A stretch of 62,623 bases of DNA, counting the filler, from Diploschistes diacapsis (lineage: Eukaryota): NCBI GenBank assembly GCA_023645945.1. It is 14 parts of 14 records of this genome, joined end to end, with 100 filler letters (N's around TTAATTAATTAA, not from the genome) between each part and the next. Parts side by side here need not be neighbours in the genome. Positions count along the whole stretch, not along the records: positions 22,563 to 26,957 come from JALAIB010001716.1; positions 27,058 to 31,439 come from JALAIB010001717.1; positions 31,540 to 35,918 come from JALAIB010001718.1; positions 36,019 to 40,394 come from JALAIB010001719.1; 10 more parts are not named here. One strand, written 5' to 3'. Below, piece by piece: positions 26,601 to 39,276 of this stretch. Position 1 is the first letter of the stretch; the number at the start of each line of letters is the position of its first letter. The position numbers and the translations under genes were made by a program. Below the pieces are notes generated by a model. That model did no database searches. It had not been told where the DNA came from and was given only the letters and a program-made list of their open reading frames with translations.

Positions 26601-26957
26601 GAGTGTTGCCCCTAGTAACCGATCAGACCCTAGTAACCGATCATCCATAAGCGCTTTTTACACCCAAAATGCCCTCCCCTTTTTCATCCATTATAAGCTC
26701 CAAATATTTTTTTATTTTTTACTAATTTAATCCTAGATACTCTCGATAATAGAAAATATTCTTATTAAAACGAAAACTCGATCCTCCTCGCTATCGCTCC
26801 GTAAAATCGCTCGACGTAATAACGTCCCTTTCTTTTCCCTTCTCGATAAGCTTAATAACCGCTTTAAAAAATCTATTAATTATTAATCGCAGCAATTTTT
26901 AATTATTAATTAAAAAAATATCCTCGCGAGATATATTAAGCGTTTATAGGCCGGAAG
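26601..26957 (+). mobile_element. Left end of a pogo/Fot1-like element (same family as 28515-30502), truncated by contig end
   Basis: TA|GAGTGTTGCCCCTAGTAACCGATCAGACCCTAG; closely similar to 28515-28870. Confidence 0.9.
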
Positions 26958-27057
26958 NNNNNNNNNNNNNNNNNNNNNNNNNNNNNNNNNNNNNNNNNNN
27001 NTTAATTAATTAANNNNNNNNNNNNNNNNNNNNNNNNNNNNNNNNNNNNNNNNNNNN

Positions 27058-27279
27058 GAGAACAGACAGTAGAAGGACTTCACGGCTTCGCGGGCGGATT
27101 CCGTCTAGGGGTGAAAGAGGTATGGTTAGCTGACGCAACACAAGTTACACCGTGAGCGGGCGGTAGCAGTGTATAAACACGGTGATGAGTATCTAACCTT
27201 CGGTGCCGGATTGGTAAAGCCGCGCTGTCTGGGGTAAGTAATAGGAGCTTCAGAGAGGGATTGGGCTTACCGGAGGCAT
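27058..27279 (-). CDS. 5' part of a conserved fungal C2H2 zinc-finger protein (exons 27279-27271, 27224-27198, 27104-27058), truncated
   Basis: Splices to MPPRGFTNPAPKTESAREAVKSFYCLF...; canonical donors, branch sites and acceptors. Confidence 0.6.
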
Positions 27280-27630
27280 TTTGGAGGCGTGATGTATACG
27301 CAGAACTTCAGAGCGCTCAAATAACGAAGGGAAAAGCTGATGTATATGAATCGAGCCCGCAATAGTGATCAGGTTTTCAAGGGACTCTTTTGGGATGTTT
27401 TAGTTGTAAACCGAACATACATATATTGTGTATTTGATATCGCGCGCTAATGCGGTAAGAAAGGAGGTTGTTTGTAACAGCATCCCTGCTTTGATGACGA
27501 CATCTTTAACCTTCTAGAAAGCTTCGAGAAATTCCTACAACTTGCGTGGACATTCTGCAGCTGCAGGAAATCCGTCGCGCTTCCTTATCTCTCAATCCAC
27601 ACACTTTACAGAGTAAGGGCTCCCTCTAGT

Positions 27631-28335
27631 ATGCGGCAGCAGTCGAGCTCCGGCTTCTTCCTCGCTTTCTACGATGCTTTCTCTCCAAAAGCTTCACGCT
27701 ATTGTGCACGGTGGCCGAAAGCTTCCGCAGCGCCATGCTGTCCAAGATACAAGCTATTTTCAACCTCTTCACCTAGCCAGCAGAAAAAGTCTCTAAAGCC
27801 CCAGTCTCACTATGATCTCTTTCCCTCGACACTGCAGGCAGGTCCACCACCTGATGGCCCATTCGCTATAGATACTAGAAAACTACGGAATGAGTTTCTC
27901 CAGCTTCAAGCCAAGGCCCACCCCGATCTTCATCAGGGCTCCGATAAGGCCCGTGCAGAAGGACTTTCATCACTTATCAACGAAGCCTACAAGACCTTGC
28001 AAAGCCCGCTTCTCCGCGCTCAATATCTCCTTTCTCTCCGCGGAATAGACGTAGCGGAAGACGAAACAGCAAAGGTGGAGGATCCGGAACTTCTAATGGA
28101 GGTGCTAGAGGTGCGGGAGACGATAGAAGGAGCGCAGAGTGAAGAGGAACTGTTGCCGCTGAAAAAGACGAATGAGAAGCGGATTGAGGGAAGTGTAGCG
28201 GTGTTAGGCATGGCATTTAGGGAGGATGATTTGGTGCGAGCGAAGGAGGAGGCGGTGCGATTGAGGTACTGGGCTAATATCAAGGAGAGTCTGGATGCTT
28301 GGGAGAAGGGGAAGCCGGTTGTAGTTATTCATTGA
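27631..28335 (+). CDS. JAC1: Mitochondrial Fe-S cluster co-chaperone HscB/Jac1
   Basis: J-domain LQAKAHPDL, INEAYKTLQSPLLRAQYLL, LLMEVLEVRE, RLRYWANI; N-terminal presequence. Confidence 0.95.
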   Translation: MRQQSSSGFFLAFYDAFSPKASRYCARWPKASAAPCCPRYKLFSTSSPSQQKKSLKPQSHYDLFPSTLQAGPPPDGPFAIDTRKLRNEFLQLQAKAHPDLHQGSDKARAEGLSSLINEAYKTLQSPLLRAQYLLSLRGIDVAEDETAKVEDPELLMEVLEVRETIEGAQSEEELLPLKKTNEKRIEGSVAVLGMAFREDDLVRAKEEAVRLRYWANIKESLDAWEKGKPVVVIH

Positions 28336-28514
28336 GGGTAGCGTAGGTATCGAAGACTTCTTCTTAGAGTGCCTCAGAAGATTTACCTTGATTTCATTCA
28401 TAAGATCATGTGCAGTTGTGCCTTAAAGCGTTTAGTTTAGTACCGCTAGGCCACATAGCCAAAAGACCAACAATATTGGATTGTGCCAGTATTGAAACTA
28501 AACTGATATATATA

Positions 28515-30502
28515 GAGTGTTGCCTCTAGTAACCGAACGGACCCTAGTAATCGAATATCCACAAGCGCTTTTTACACCCAAAATGCCCTTCCCTTTTTCA
28601 TTTATTATAAGCTCCATATATTTTTTTATTTTTTGCTAATTTAAACCTAGATATTCTCGATGATAAAGAATGTTTTTATCGAGGCGAAAACTCGATCTTT
28701 TTTGTTATCGTTCCACGAAGTCGCTCGGCGTAACGGCGTTCTTTTTTCTTTTTTTTACGATAAGCTTGGTGGCCGCCTTGGGAAATCTGCTGATTATTAA
28801 TCGCAGCAGTTTTTGATTGTTGAGTAAAAGAATGTTCTCGCGAGGCATGTGGAGCGTTTATAGGTCGAAAGATTTTTTGTTTTTATCGTAATGTTTAAAA
28901 ATTTAGCGGCGGAGATTTGGAATATTTTCGAGCCGAATAATTAGCGTTAGTTAGGCCGTGGCTGGCCGTAGCGTTTCTTGAAGAAGTATTTAGAACTAGG
29001 TATAATTTAGAGTAGTTTTCTTTCAAGTAAGAGAGCCGACGTCGCGGCGTCGGGGATTTTACGTCCGTTTTTAGAACGTTTTTAGGAGCTCCGCGTCTAA
29101 TACGACGTTATTTTTAGAAATATTTGGAATATAGACGAGAAAGGGATCCAGCTCGGCGCTAAAAAACGTACGAAGGTCGTCGTATATATCTTTTATCGTT
29201 AGGTCGATCGTTAGCGTTTAATCGCGGGTAATCGGGATTTAGCGACGATGGTCGAGACGGTTTCGATTAGAGGAGAATGGCTTTTTTCTTTAGTTATTTT
29301 TAAAGGTAAAGAGCTATAGGTAGAATAGGTAGAAGATATTATTTTTTTAAATAAATTTACGTTTTAATATTTATAGATTTATTAATAATTTTATAGATAT
29401 AAAGATCTATATATTTTTTAATAAATATAATATTATTTCGTTCTGTTTATAATGGATATAATAGATTTTCGATCCCGAGAATGTTTTCAGACTACGTTCG
29501 TCGTAGGTTTGGAAGATTTTACTTATGGACGATTACGAGAGTCATTTTTCGTTGTCGTTTTTAAATTGGATAGCGGATAGGAGGATTTTGGCGGTATATT
29601 TGCTAACGTATACCTTTCACGTCCTTTAATTTTTGGATGTTAGTTTATTTAATTTATTTACGTATGTTTATAAAGAGCGAATCGGGACGTTATTATAATA
29701 TGACGTTATTTATATTAATAAATGTTTTTTTTTTAAAATTCTTATTAACGCTCGAATAAATGTTTATATTATTAGAAACGCTCGCGCCGCGTGGAAGAAC
29801 GCCGGTATCGAGTTTTTCGACTTTTTTAAATCGATTTCTAAAACTTTCGGCGCCGTCGACGATCTTTTTAACGTTTTTGAAGCTCGTTACATTTTATTTA
29901 CGACGTCTCGAATTTTCCGAGAGGTAGATTTTTTAAAAAACGTTATTTTGGATTTTCGGTAGGAATTAGAAGTACCCTGAAGCTTCTTTAAGATAATTAA
30001 AGCGGTTAAAAAGGTTTTTACGAAAATTACGCTTCTAGCGGTAAAAAATAAGAGATTTAAAGAGGTTTCGATACATCGTTAAAAACGTAAGCGTATTATT
30101 ATGATTATAAGAAGTAAGTTTTTAACTTTTATAAAAGCTGCTGACGCGCGTTAAACTAAAGAAAAAGCATTTTACGAGGTAATTAAATAAAAGAAATAAA
30201 AGCAGGTTAGGAAAAAGAGGTTGGTAGTACTTTAAGCTGCTGGAATCTATAAGAATAAGAAGATGATCCTAAAAGGAAGGCTGGTTATCTTGAGAAGGTT
30301 TCTTAACGCTAACGTCGTCGACGCTGACGATTAGATATAATTAGATAAATCTATAGGGTTAGATATAGTTATTATTCGATTTATAGGGCTTTAAATTAAT
30401 CATTTTTAACGATATTTCATTTTAAATATTTATTATTATAGTTTTGTTATTTTATCACGTGCTCGGTAACTAGGGTCTGCTCGGGTACTAAGGTCACGAC
30501 TC
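28515..30502 (+). mobile_element. Full-length (1988 bp) RIP-inactivated pogo/Fot1-like DNA transposon
   Basis: TA flanks; TIRs GAGTGTTGCCTCTAGTAACCG.. / ..CGGGTACTAAGGTCACGACTC; relic DDE motifs NIWN(M)DEKG ~29119, LLMD(GH)ESH ~29520, L(QP)LDV ~29625. Confidence 0.9.
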
Positions 30503-30930
30503 TACAGACAGACCCCCTTCACCAAGTCTCATTACAATATCGGAGGGGTCTACAGTGGTCTTTCCAATACTAAAGTGCCAAAACCAACCTTCGTTATTAA
30601 TTAATTCCACTATACTGTGTTATTAACCTTTTATATCATACATGACGATGCAGTGAACTAGGAGGGTTTTGTTTTGTGCCACTACATTCTAGATATTTAA
30701 TAAAAACACAAAAACGAATATGAATGGGGCCGTTTATGTGTGGTTGATATTTTGACCTGCCTAAACAGGCTTAACATGACCCGCGTCGCTATTGACCCTG
30801 GGTTGCTTGTTGATCCTTGATAATTCAAACGAGTTGTATCAGTCGCTCTCAAGGGGGGCTCTTGCATGGTAACCCCCATCTACACGCCATCTAACAAGTC
30901 GCACTCACATTCTCAACCAGTGCACGCGCA

Positions 30931-31439
30931 ATGGCTCCTTCGCGAGGCCTTGATGCCTCCACTCCAGCATTAGAGCCCTTATCATATCCACCGATATCGC
31001 TTACGATCCGCTTCGCCGCCTCCATTCCCGACCTCCCGCTCCCGCCGGTCCTCCCGCACCTCACAACGGCTCTCGCCCTCCTCCCCACAATCCGGTCGCG
31101 CCTCCCAGCGAGCCACGCCTCGCTGCGCATCCGCCTGATCCACGCCGGCCGCGTTCTATCCCCCGGCCAAGCTCTCGCGGCAAGCCTCCGGCTCCCCAGC
31201 GCCGCCAAGCCAGGCAAAGCGCCTCTCAAGCCCACGAGCAAGGACCGCTCCGCATCCGGCGCCTCCGGCTCGGACCCGACAGCCCACATTCCCCGCGAGC
31301 AGCGCACCTACATCCACGCCACCTTCGGCGACCCCGTCTCGCCCGCCGACCTCGCCGCCGAAGCCTCGGCCGCCCGCGCCAGCATAGAAGCCCTCCAGCC
31401 CTCGCCCTCGCCCTCTTCCGCCCCGGCTCCCTCCACAGC
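30931..31439 (+). CDS. DSC3: DSC E3 ligase complex subunit 3 (N-terminal ubiquitin-like domain), 3' truncated
   Basis: LTIRFAASIPDLPL..IRLIHAGRVL..RTYIHATFGDPVS pattern of the Dsc3/DUF2407 N-terminus. Confidence 0.75.
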
Positions 31440-31539
31440 NNNNNNNNNNNNNNNNNNNNNNNNNNNNNNNNNNNNNNNNNNNNTTAATTAATTAANNNNN
31501 NNNNNNNNNNNNNNNNNNNNNNNNNNNNNNNNNNNNNNN

Positions 31540-32080
31540 ATATTGGCTATCCTGACCTTATAGGACCATCTTTATATACTATTAATTTACTCGGTGATAA
31601 TATTGGTTCCTTAAACTTAATAAAACACGTAAGGATCAACGATCGTTTAAAACACATTTAATATTATTTATTATTACGTACGAGATCTAGTCAAGCAGAG
31701 ACGCATTAAGGTATCTTACGTTTCTACCGATAAAATGATTACTAATAAATTTACGAAACCATTAAACTACTCGAAGCACGACGCCTTTATTAAGGGACTT
31801 AATCTAGTTTAAAAAAGATATCTAATTAAACTATATAATCATACCGGACGATTCCGCCTGTGGGAAAATATTGAATAGATAGGCAGAAAGCATGGCTGGG
31901 AATCTAACTAAGTTCCAGAAGGAGGTTCAGTTCAGCTGAACCTTCTAGAATCCCAACTAGACCAGTTTAGGAATAATGCAGGTAGTAGGGCTTAGCGTGT
32001 CCCATAAGGATAAAAGTCTGCAAAGTAGGATAACCTCCTAGATAGACCTCTAGACTTCAATACATCCATTACGTTGCCAA
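31540..32080 (+). mobile_element. RIP-mutated Ty1/copia 3' end with LTR (~31869-32080)
   Basis: Reverting RIP changes gives KHI(D)II(HHH)VRDLVKQRRIKVSYV(P)TD(E)MI...FTKPL, the copia RNase H tail; then a purine tract and an LTR matching 18448-18707. Confidence 0.82.
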
Positions 32081-32084
32081 ACAA

Positions 32085-32862
32085 AAAAACTCGACGTAAT
32101 AATCGACGAACGAGATTATTCGTTTTATTATTACGTCGTTTACGTTTTTACGGATCGCGATAATTATATTATAAATCACGCGATCTCGCGTTATTATTTT
32201 TTTTTATATCGATATTACGCGTAATAGATCTCGATTCGATATCGCCGTTACGTTAATAATAATAACGATATTACGTAATATTTTTAAACGTTTTATTAAA
32301 CGTTTAAAAGTTGTTTACGTATAATTAAAACGCGTTAAAATCCGTTATAGTCATTCGTAAAGTGTCCGCGACGATAAAAAGACGCGTTTTTTACGTCGGA
32401 AGGTTCGTAAAAAAGCTATAAAATTTTTCCGTAATAGATAACGGCGGTAAAGGAAGGCGAAGACGAACGGGCGCGATAGGCGCGATAAACGCGGCGAGGA
32501 TAAGCGAGGTAAGGACGGTGGAAAGAACGGAGGAAGGAATAGAAAAAAAAAGCGATATCTTTACGATTTAAAATAACGGCGAAAATATCGTAAAATATAC
32601 GATCTTTAAAATCTAGTTCGTCGTCGTTATCGATATCGGCGATTATATTAAACGTGACCGCATCGGCGGTAAAAAACGTAAGGCGAATAGGTAAGAAAGC
32701 ATCCATTATATTTAAAAAATAATTAAAAAGATAAGATTAAAAATAACAAAAAAAGTATATAAGTCGCGTAAAAAGTAAACAAATGTGGCTGGGGAGGGGA
32801 ATAATTCCACAGATACTTGTAACTATAAACAAATTTAGGTGATTAAGAAAGTATCTGTAGAA
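32085..32862 (-). mobile_element. Heavily RIP-mutated element with terminal hairpin, copy B of the family at 21582
   Basis: Hairpin ttccacagatactt..aagtatctgtagaa 32805-32862; ORF relic VADTLRMTITDFNAF*LYVNNF*TF...YR. Confidence 0.55.
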
Positions 32863-33103
32863 CCATAGTACTTATCTTATAATTTATGTGTATAGTAGGC
32901 AGAATAGCACTTGCCGAAATGTTCACCGCATGTATCCACTGCACTACTATCACGACTGCACTTTCAATGATAACCCTCTTTATAATTTTTGACAGCTGCG
33001 AATCTCCTCAATTTTCAGTCGGCTTGTATCAGATGTCTTACTTGTAAAATTCTTATCAGATATCTTCTTGGAATTTGTAGGAAACAGCGCATCAGTCGAT
33101 GCA

Positions 33104-34662
33104 ATGAAATTTGGGGAGACGTTCCAGCAATACTCGGTCCCAGAATGGGCTCCAAGTAGGACCTTTTGCCTTTCGGGCACACTTGAGTCGCTAACAAACA
33201 TCCAGATAACGTTGACTACAACGAAATCAAGATATTAATTAGACGTGAAACGAGTGGGCAATGTCAACAATCAATAAAGATTCCTGGAAGGAGCAACGAC
33301 TCGCTATTAAGCGAAGGCTTCGAACAAGATCTCTATTATCAGCTAATTGAGCAGCACGATCGGGTCGACCTTTTCTGTAAGAGCAAAACCGGGGAGCTTC
33401 AGAGACGACTAGATCACCTAGGTAGGTTAGTGCAGAAGCTTGAGACAAGCGATGGACACCTACCAACGAACGTCAAGCGACTCCGAAAGCTCTCAAAGCT
33501 TGAAGAGAAGCTCCTCCGGATCGGAAACGATATTTCATCGCTCTCGAGGTTTATCGGAGCGCAAAAGCTTGCATTTCGGAAACTTGTGAAGAAGTATCAG
33601 AAATGGACCGGCTCGTCGAAACTTGGTAACCGCTTCCAAGAGAGCGTGCTCTACCACTCCAAACATATGGGGCCAAGAGGTGATCCGTTGAGTCTACTAG
33701 TGTCGCAACACAATGAGAACTTAGAGACGATTCGAGCACTATTCCACCATGAGAACATGGCAGAGCCATCGAGTTTTACGGGAGGCCTGACTAAAAGCAA
33801 AAAGCCTGGTTTAGGGCCTAGAGAGGCCATTATTGGCTCGGAAGGGCCACCCAGCGCATACAGCACTACCCCTGGTCAGAGCACACAGACTTTGGTAGAC
33901 TACATTCCAAAGACGTCCGCCAAAAGGCAAGCCAGGCATAAGCGACCAGAAAGGGTACGGAAGAAACTCGGACATAATGCTCTGCAACCGGGAGCCGGCT
34001 ATACAGCCAAGGCTCGGTATTGGAATGAGTTTGACAACGACGAAGAGGGAGCGGCAAACGAGCCGTATACCATTCTTGTGAACCACGATGAGGACAATAT
34101 GCTGTTCAGCACGTGGTCAAGTCTGAGGTCAAAAGTCAGGGGCATATTCAGCTTTTCTTCTTTGGATACTGGGAGAGTAGAGGGAGCTGCTGAGCGGCGT
34201 CATCTTCTCGACCCGGAGATGAATTCTTCGGCTTCCGACAAAGACTCAGACTCGCCGCTCTCTAGTCCAAAGAAGAGCCCACAACCTTTACAGATTCGAC
34301 AATACTCGACATTTGGTGGACAAAAACGTTATGCAAAACAACTATTTAGCCCCGTAGCTGCGTCACGAGACAAGCTGCTCTTTCGTCTCACCTGGACTAC
34401 TTTCCTACTATCGGCGCTCTTGTTCGTCCTGGGTGCTGTACTAGAAGGAACAGGACGGAGGAAATATAGAACAGAAACCAGCGCCGTTTCCATCCTTGGA
34501 ATAGTGGCGAGCGTTGTGCTGGCGGTTATGGGCTTTTGCTTCACCTTTGCAAGACACGAAAAATCTGACGTGGCCTCCTGCGCTTCAGCTCTATTGGGTA
34601 TGGTTATATCCTGCACGGCGAATGCGATCTTGGTCGTCGTAATGGTCAGGGGTGTGGAGTAG
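33104..34662 (+). CDS. SPX-domain protein with three C-terminal transmembrane helices; intron 33156-33205
   Basis: MKFGETF...VPEWAP|NNVDYNEIK; QKLAFRKLVKKYQKW; RYWNEFD; hydrophobic C-terminus. Confidence 0.85.
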
Positions 34663-35068
34663 AACACAGTAAATAATATTGCAAGCGCATACTTTCGGAT
34701 TGGCAAGGAGAACCGCTTCGTCCATATATGCAATACACAAAAAGCTATTATTATAATTATTGATGACAGTTATAATATTCTAGTATATTGTCTAGATGAA
34801 TCTTCAATAACTTATAACATAAAGAGAACTCCTCGGCCGAAACTTGATCCTTCTCCGGATCACATCGCCTCGCATTTCCCAAAGAGCTTTCTTAGACCGT
34901 ATTGGACTTGTACTTTGCTTGCGAACCTACTGCGAGCTCGCCCAATGAATTGGGTGACTTTTCAGGGCAGTTCCTAGCTCGAATACCTTGCAACCTACTG
35001 CGCGACCTCTACGCGTCCTCAGCTCGCAGTCTATAATCCCATGAGAAGCTTAATATTCCACTGCAAGA

Positions 35069-35918
35069 ATGGCCTCGAGACTCGTGCTGGTCCTCGGTGA
35101 CCTCTTCATACCGGATAGAGCTCCAGTAAGCTCCTGTGGCTCAATGAATTTCTCTCTTCGGCAAGCTAACATCATCACCAGGACATTCCAGCCAAAGTTC
35201 GTCCTCACCATCCCACTCCATCCCACTCCATCCCACTCCATCCTCCTATGCCCCTCCTCCACCTCCCCAAGTTCCCTTGCCTTTCATACCCACAGACCTC
35301 CACCCCAGCACAGAACCCCTTCCTCCACCCACCCTCATCGCTAACAACCCGACCCCGTCCACAGTTCAAAAAACTGCTCACCCCGAACAAAGTCAGCCAA
35401 ATCCTCTGCCTCGGCAACCTCACCTCGCCCTCCACATACACCTACCTGCGCTCCCTGGCCCCGGACCTCCAAATAACGCGCGGCGACTTCGACACCGACA
35501 CCACCTCCCTCTCCCTCTCCTCCACCGCATCCCCATCCGCCGCCGCCTCCTCCTCCTCCGCCATATCGACCTCCACCTCCTCCCTCCCCATCTCCAAAGT
35601 CGTCACCCACGGCTCCCTCCGCATCGGCTTCTGCCACGGCCACACCATCATCCCGCCCGGCGACCCGGACTCACTCCTGATCGCGGCGCGCCACATGGAC
35701 GTCGACGTGCTGCTGTGGGGCGGCACGCACCGCTTCGAGGCGTACGAGATGGAGGGCAAGTTCTTTGTGAATCCGGGCAGCGCGACGGGCGCGCTGGGCA
35801 CGGGCTGGTGGGGCGAGGACGAGGAGGTGGTGCCGAGCTTTGTGCTGATGGATGTGCAGGGGGATGTGCTGGTGCTTTATGTGTATCAGCTGAAGGAGGG
35901 GGAGGCGGGGAGCGTGAG
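35069..35918 (+). CDS. VPS29: Retromer subunit Vps29 with a 15-nt second exon (DIPAK), 3' truncated
   Basis: LVLVLGDLFIPDRAP|DIPAK|FKKLLTPNKVSQILCLGNL, HGHTIIPPGD, DVDVLLWGGTHRFEAYEMEGKFFVNPGSATGA. Confidence 0.95.
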
Positions 35919-36501
35919 NNNNNNNNNNNNNNNNNNNNNNNNNNNNNNNNNNNNNNNNNNNNTTAATTAATTAANNNNNNNNNNNNNNNNNNNNNNNNNN
36001 NNNNNNNNNNNNNNNNNNCCCCCTAAACTACAACGCTGTTGTAGTAGTGCTTACCACCCACACCACCCACCAATTTAGACCTTAGCTCCTTCTACCGAAA
36101 TCCTCACTCACTCATCCTTCTCCTTCTCCTTCTCCTCTTCTTCACCTTTGTCGCTTTTCTCCTTCATCACCTTGCCCGCCGCCACAAGGTGCCTGTATTT
36201 TTGTTGCCCTTCTGAGGCTGTCCACTCCTTTCAAAGTAATGAGTCGTTGCATACTGCACGCGTCTTCTATTCTACCTAATTGACCTCTAGTCACTCATTT
36301 AACTACCAAGCCATACACCTAGTACATCCCCCTAATATCGAACAAGTTCAGAGAAGTTCAAAGGCAAAAGCAGCTTCTAATCACGCAAATCATACTATGC
36401 AGTCACTTTGAACCGAAGAAAAAGCCTTTAATACTGCCATACTCGGAAATCTACAGCTCGCTTTGCTTCAAATCTCGCTCGAATCTCGCTTTGTCTGAGC
36501 A

Positions 36502-38727
36502 ATGTCTGCCATACACGCAAGGTCTCATGAACGACATGGCCAACTCCACGCTCACCACCTCGGATACCCAATAGCTCCTGTACCTGCTGCTACCGTACAC
36601 GATAATTCCTCGCCTGTTGAACTGGTCCGCCGAGAAACTTCTTCGGCAAGCTCTACAGAGTCCTCTGGCACGAACCTTACCATCCCCGTAGCAGTCGGTG
36701 TTACGTATGTACTGACAGCTCCATCTCCGAGGGTCTCGTACTAATCCACTTTCAGCGTTCCGATAGTAATCATTATCATAATATTCTTCTTCGTACATCG
36801 GCGTCATGCCAGCAAGCTGCGTCTGGAGGATCAGAATGACCCGCACAAGTCGTTGGACTTCGGCATGGACTCTGCGAGCAACAGCCGTAAGAATAAAGGT
36901 GGAAGATCTCCGGAAATGGCGCAGAAGGACTTTGAGAAATCGCTAAGGCGAGGTCGGGGTTTGTCGGTAGATTTGTCGGACATTAACAACCCATATCTGC
37001 TTCCCCCGGGCATGCAGGGCTCCCGCGAATCGCTCCATTCGCTATCGAGGACTATGGAGCACGGCTCGCACGACCCTTACCGACCCGCTACCACCTTCAG
37101 CCCTTCCGCTGGCAGTTCTTATCAAGGCTCAAGGCTTGACGATGCTTCGTCGACTCGCACAGGATCTACGGGACCGCGCTTTGGCCGGGATGGCATGAAC
37201 TCGCAGGCTAGCCTCGTGCGCAATGCTCAAAAAATGTCTGCTAGCTCGCCCATTTCCTCTTCCAATCAAGGACTCCATTCCATTAAGGAGCGCCACAACC
37301 AGAGCGATGCAGTGCAGCCCCCTCAGCCAGTCCACATCTCTCCACCGGCAGTTGACTCTCTGGCTAGAGATTCATATGCCGGCCAAGACGCCCAAGCGAT
37401 CCGCCAGAGCAACAACTACCTTGCAGGTTTCATCCGCAGCCGCGAAGCATCCATCGAAAGGGCAACGTCGGCGAGTTCCGAGCAGAATCTCACTCCTCGT
37501 AGCCCACCTCCACCTCAAAGTTCGCCTGCTGTCCATAACTTTTCTCGGAAACAGTCCCTCCAGAGGGACCCTGTCCCATCAATTGTTGTAGGAAAAGAGC
37601 CAGTGCCTGGTCATATCCACGAGATGCCCGATCCTCAAAACTCCGCTCACAGTACCCTACCGTCACCGAACCCGGACAACTCTACACCTTTCTATACTCC
37701 CACCGAGGAGCGCAGCGAGCGATTCGGGGTGCAGGACGCAAATGGTCTCGGCGTCGCTAATGTCGGGCTCGACAACAAGCGTCTGTCAATTATGAGGCCC
37801 CTTCCGCCTGATGATCCGACCGACAACGCCGAGCAAAGAGCCAACCGCATCCGATCCTTCTACAAGGAATACTTCAAAAGCGATGAGCCTGCTCGCGCAT
37901 ACCAGCCTAACGCGGCAGACTACTACGAAGACTATGGTCAGGAATATCAGGGCGACAGCACCACGTACGACCCCAATAGCAGAAAATTCATCGTCACCCA
38001 GCCGCCATTCGCCGAACCGATCACGCGCCGCGCCATGACCCCACCACCGCGAGCACCACCGCGTTTCCAGGGACGCGCTAACCAGCAGAACGGCTCCACG
38101 CCCGGGAGCCCTGTCATGGGTCGCTCACGAGCTTTCTCTTCCGTGTCGACTTCCCATGTGGCCCCGGGCGGTTCTCGTGGCGCTGCTAAACGACCTGTTC
38201 CGCCTCCAGCTCCTCTCCGTACGCTTCCAACCCCTCACCTTCTCAAAGATGACTCCTTCATCACAACGTTGCCAATCGATTTCGCTCCGCCACAAAACTT
38301 CAGAGATCAAGCAGCGGGTCGCCCTGAGAGCCCGCGGGGCGAATTCCGCCCCTACTCGCCACAAGTTCCAGTTGCAAGCCCTCTGGCGTCTTCGTTCAAT
38401 GAACTGGCCGCCATGCCTAGCCCGTAAGTTTTTCTTGAGCATTCTTTTTCCAGCAAACACTGACCGATTGCAAGGCACGCTCTCCGAAAATCAGGAACTT
38501 TTACCGCACTCGACTTTGCCCCACCTCCACGCTTCCGCAACGAGGATAGCGCTTCTGATGCCGGCAGTGTTCGCAGCGGACGCAGCAACCACAGCAGTCG
38601 ATCTGCCGCGCAGGTCCACAACATCCGTGCCGGAACGTACCGTGTCAGCCGGATACCGACGGGGCTTGTTGGTACTAGCAAAGAATTTTCGGAGAGTCTG
38701 CGACCGACTTGGAAAGTTGGATCCTGA
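36502..38727 (+). CDS. Conserved fungal single-pass membrane protein with a long Pro/Ser-rich cytosolic tail; introns 36705-36755 and 38424-38474
   Basis: TM IPVAVGVTVPIVIIIIIFFFVHRR, EDQNDPHKSLDFG, PDDPTDNAEQRANRIRSFYKEYF, SPHALRKSGTFTALDFAPPPRF. Confidence 0.8.
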
Positions 38728-39276
38728 ACTGCTTGTCTGTTGTCCCATATTTGCAAACACATTAGGGACACACCCCTTAGCCAACGGTTTCGGACAATTC
38801 TGACGGCATGAACATAGATTAGGGACGGTAGAATGGCGCTTCTGGTTTGTTGCATACAGGCAGGGTCATTCTGTCAAACCCGGCACCGTGTGTGGGAGAG
38901 ACACCCCGTTCGACCTTGGGGGGGTGATGAGCTGAGTATGAAAGGGGTATTTAATACAGAGCAAAGGTGAAAAGTCCGATAGCCTGGTAAGATAGGAGGA
39001 TGGCAAAGCAGTACATGGATATCTCTAATTCTTTGTACATATTAATGGGAGCGCGGTCAAAACAATATAAAAATATTCTGCTCGAAACAAAATATAATCT
39101 TTTGATTTGTGCATCAAGCCCCGCATAGTTGATCCAAGATTCCCCGTGAAGTCTATTTATAAAGGGCAGATTCTACTTGGCAATCCGGAACTACAAGAAG
39201 CTTATAGAGACTCCTGCTTAGCGAACTGGCATCGTTTATTCAGTAAAAACGATCAGTATCTATCAGCGCAACAGCA

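Noticed and set aside
27224..27240. Tandem acceptors (CAGACAG) in the C2H2 gene as regulated alternative splicing
   Set aside because: The first AG is too close to the branch site and out of frame; use of the second is the simple explanation
30505..30553. Short inverted repeat AGACCCC..GGGGTCT next to the pogo end
   Set aside because: Too short to assign; may be chance or a tiny remnant
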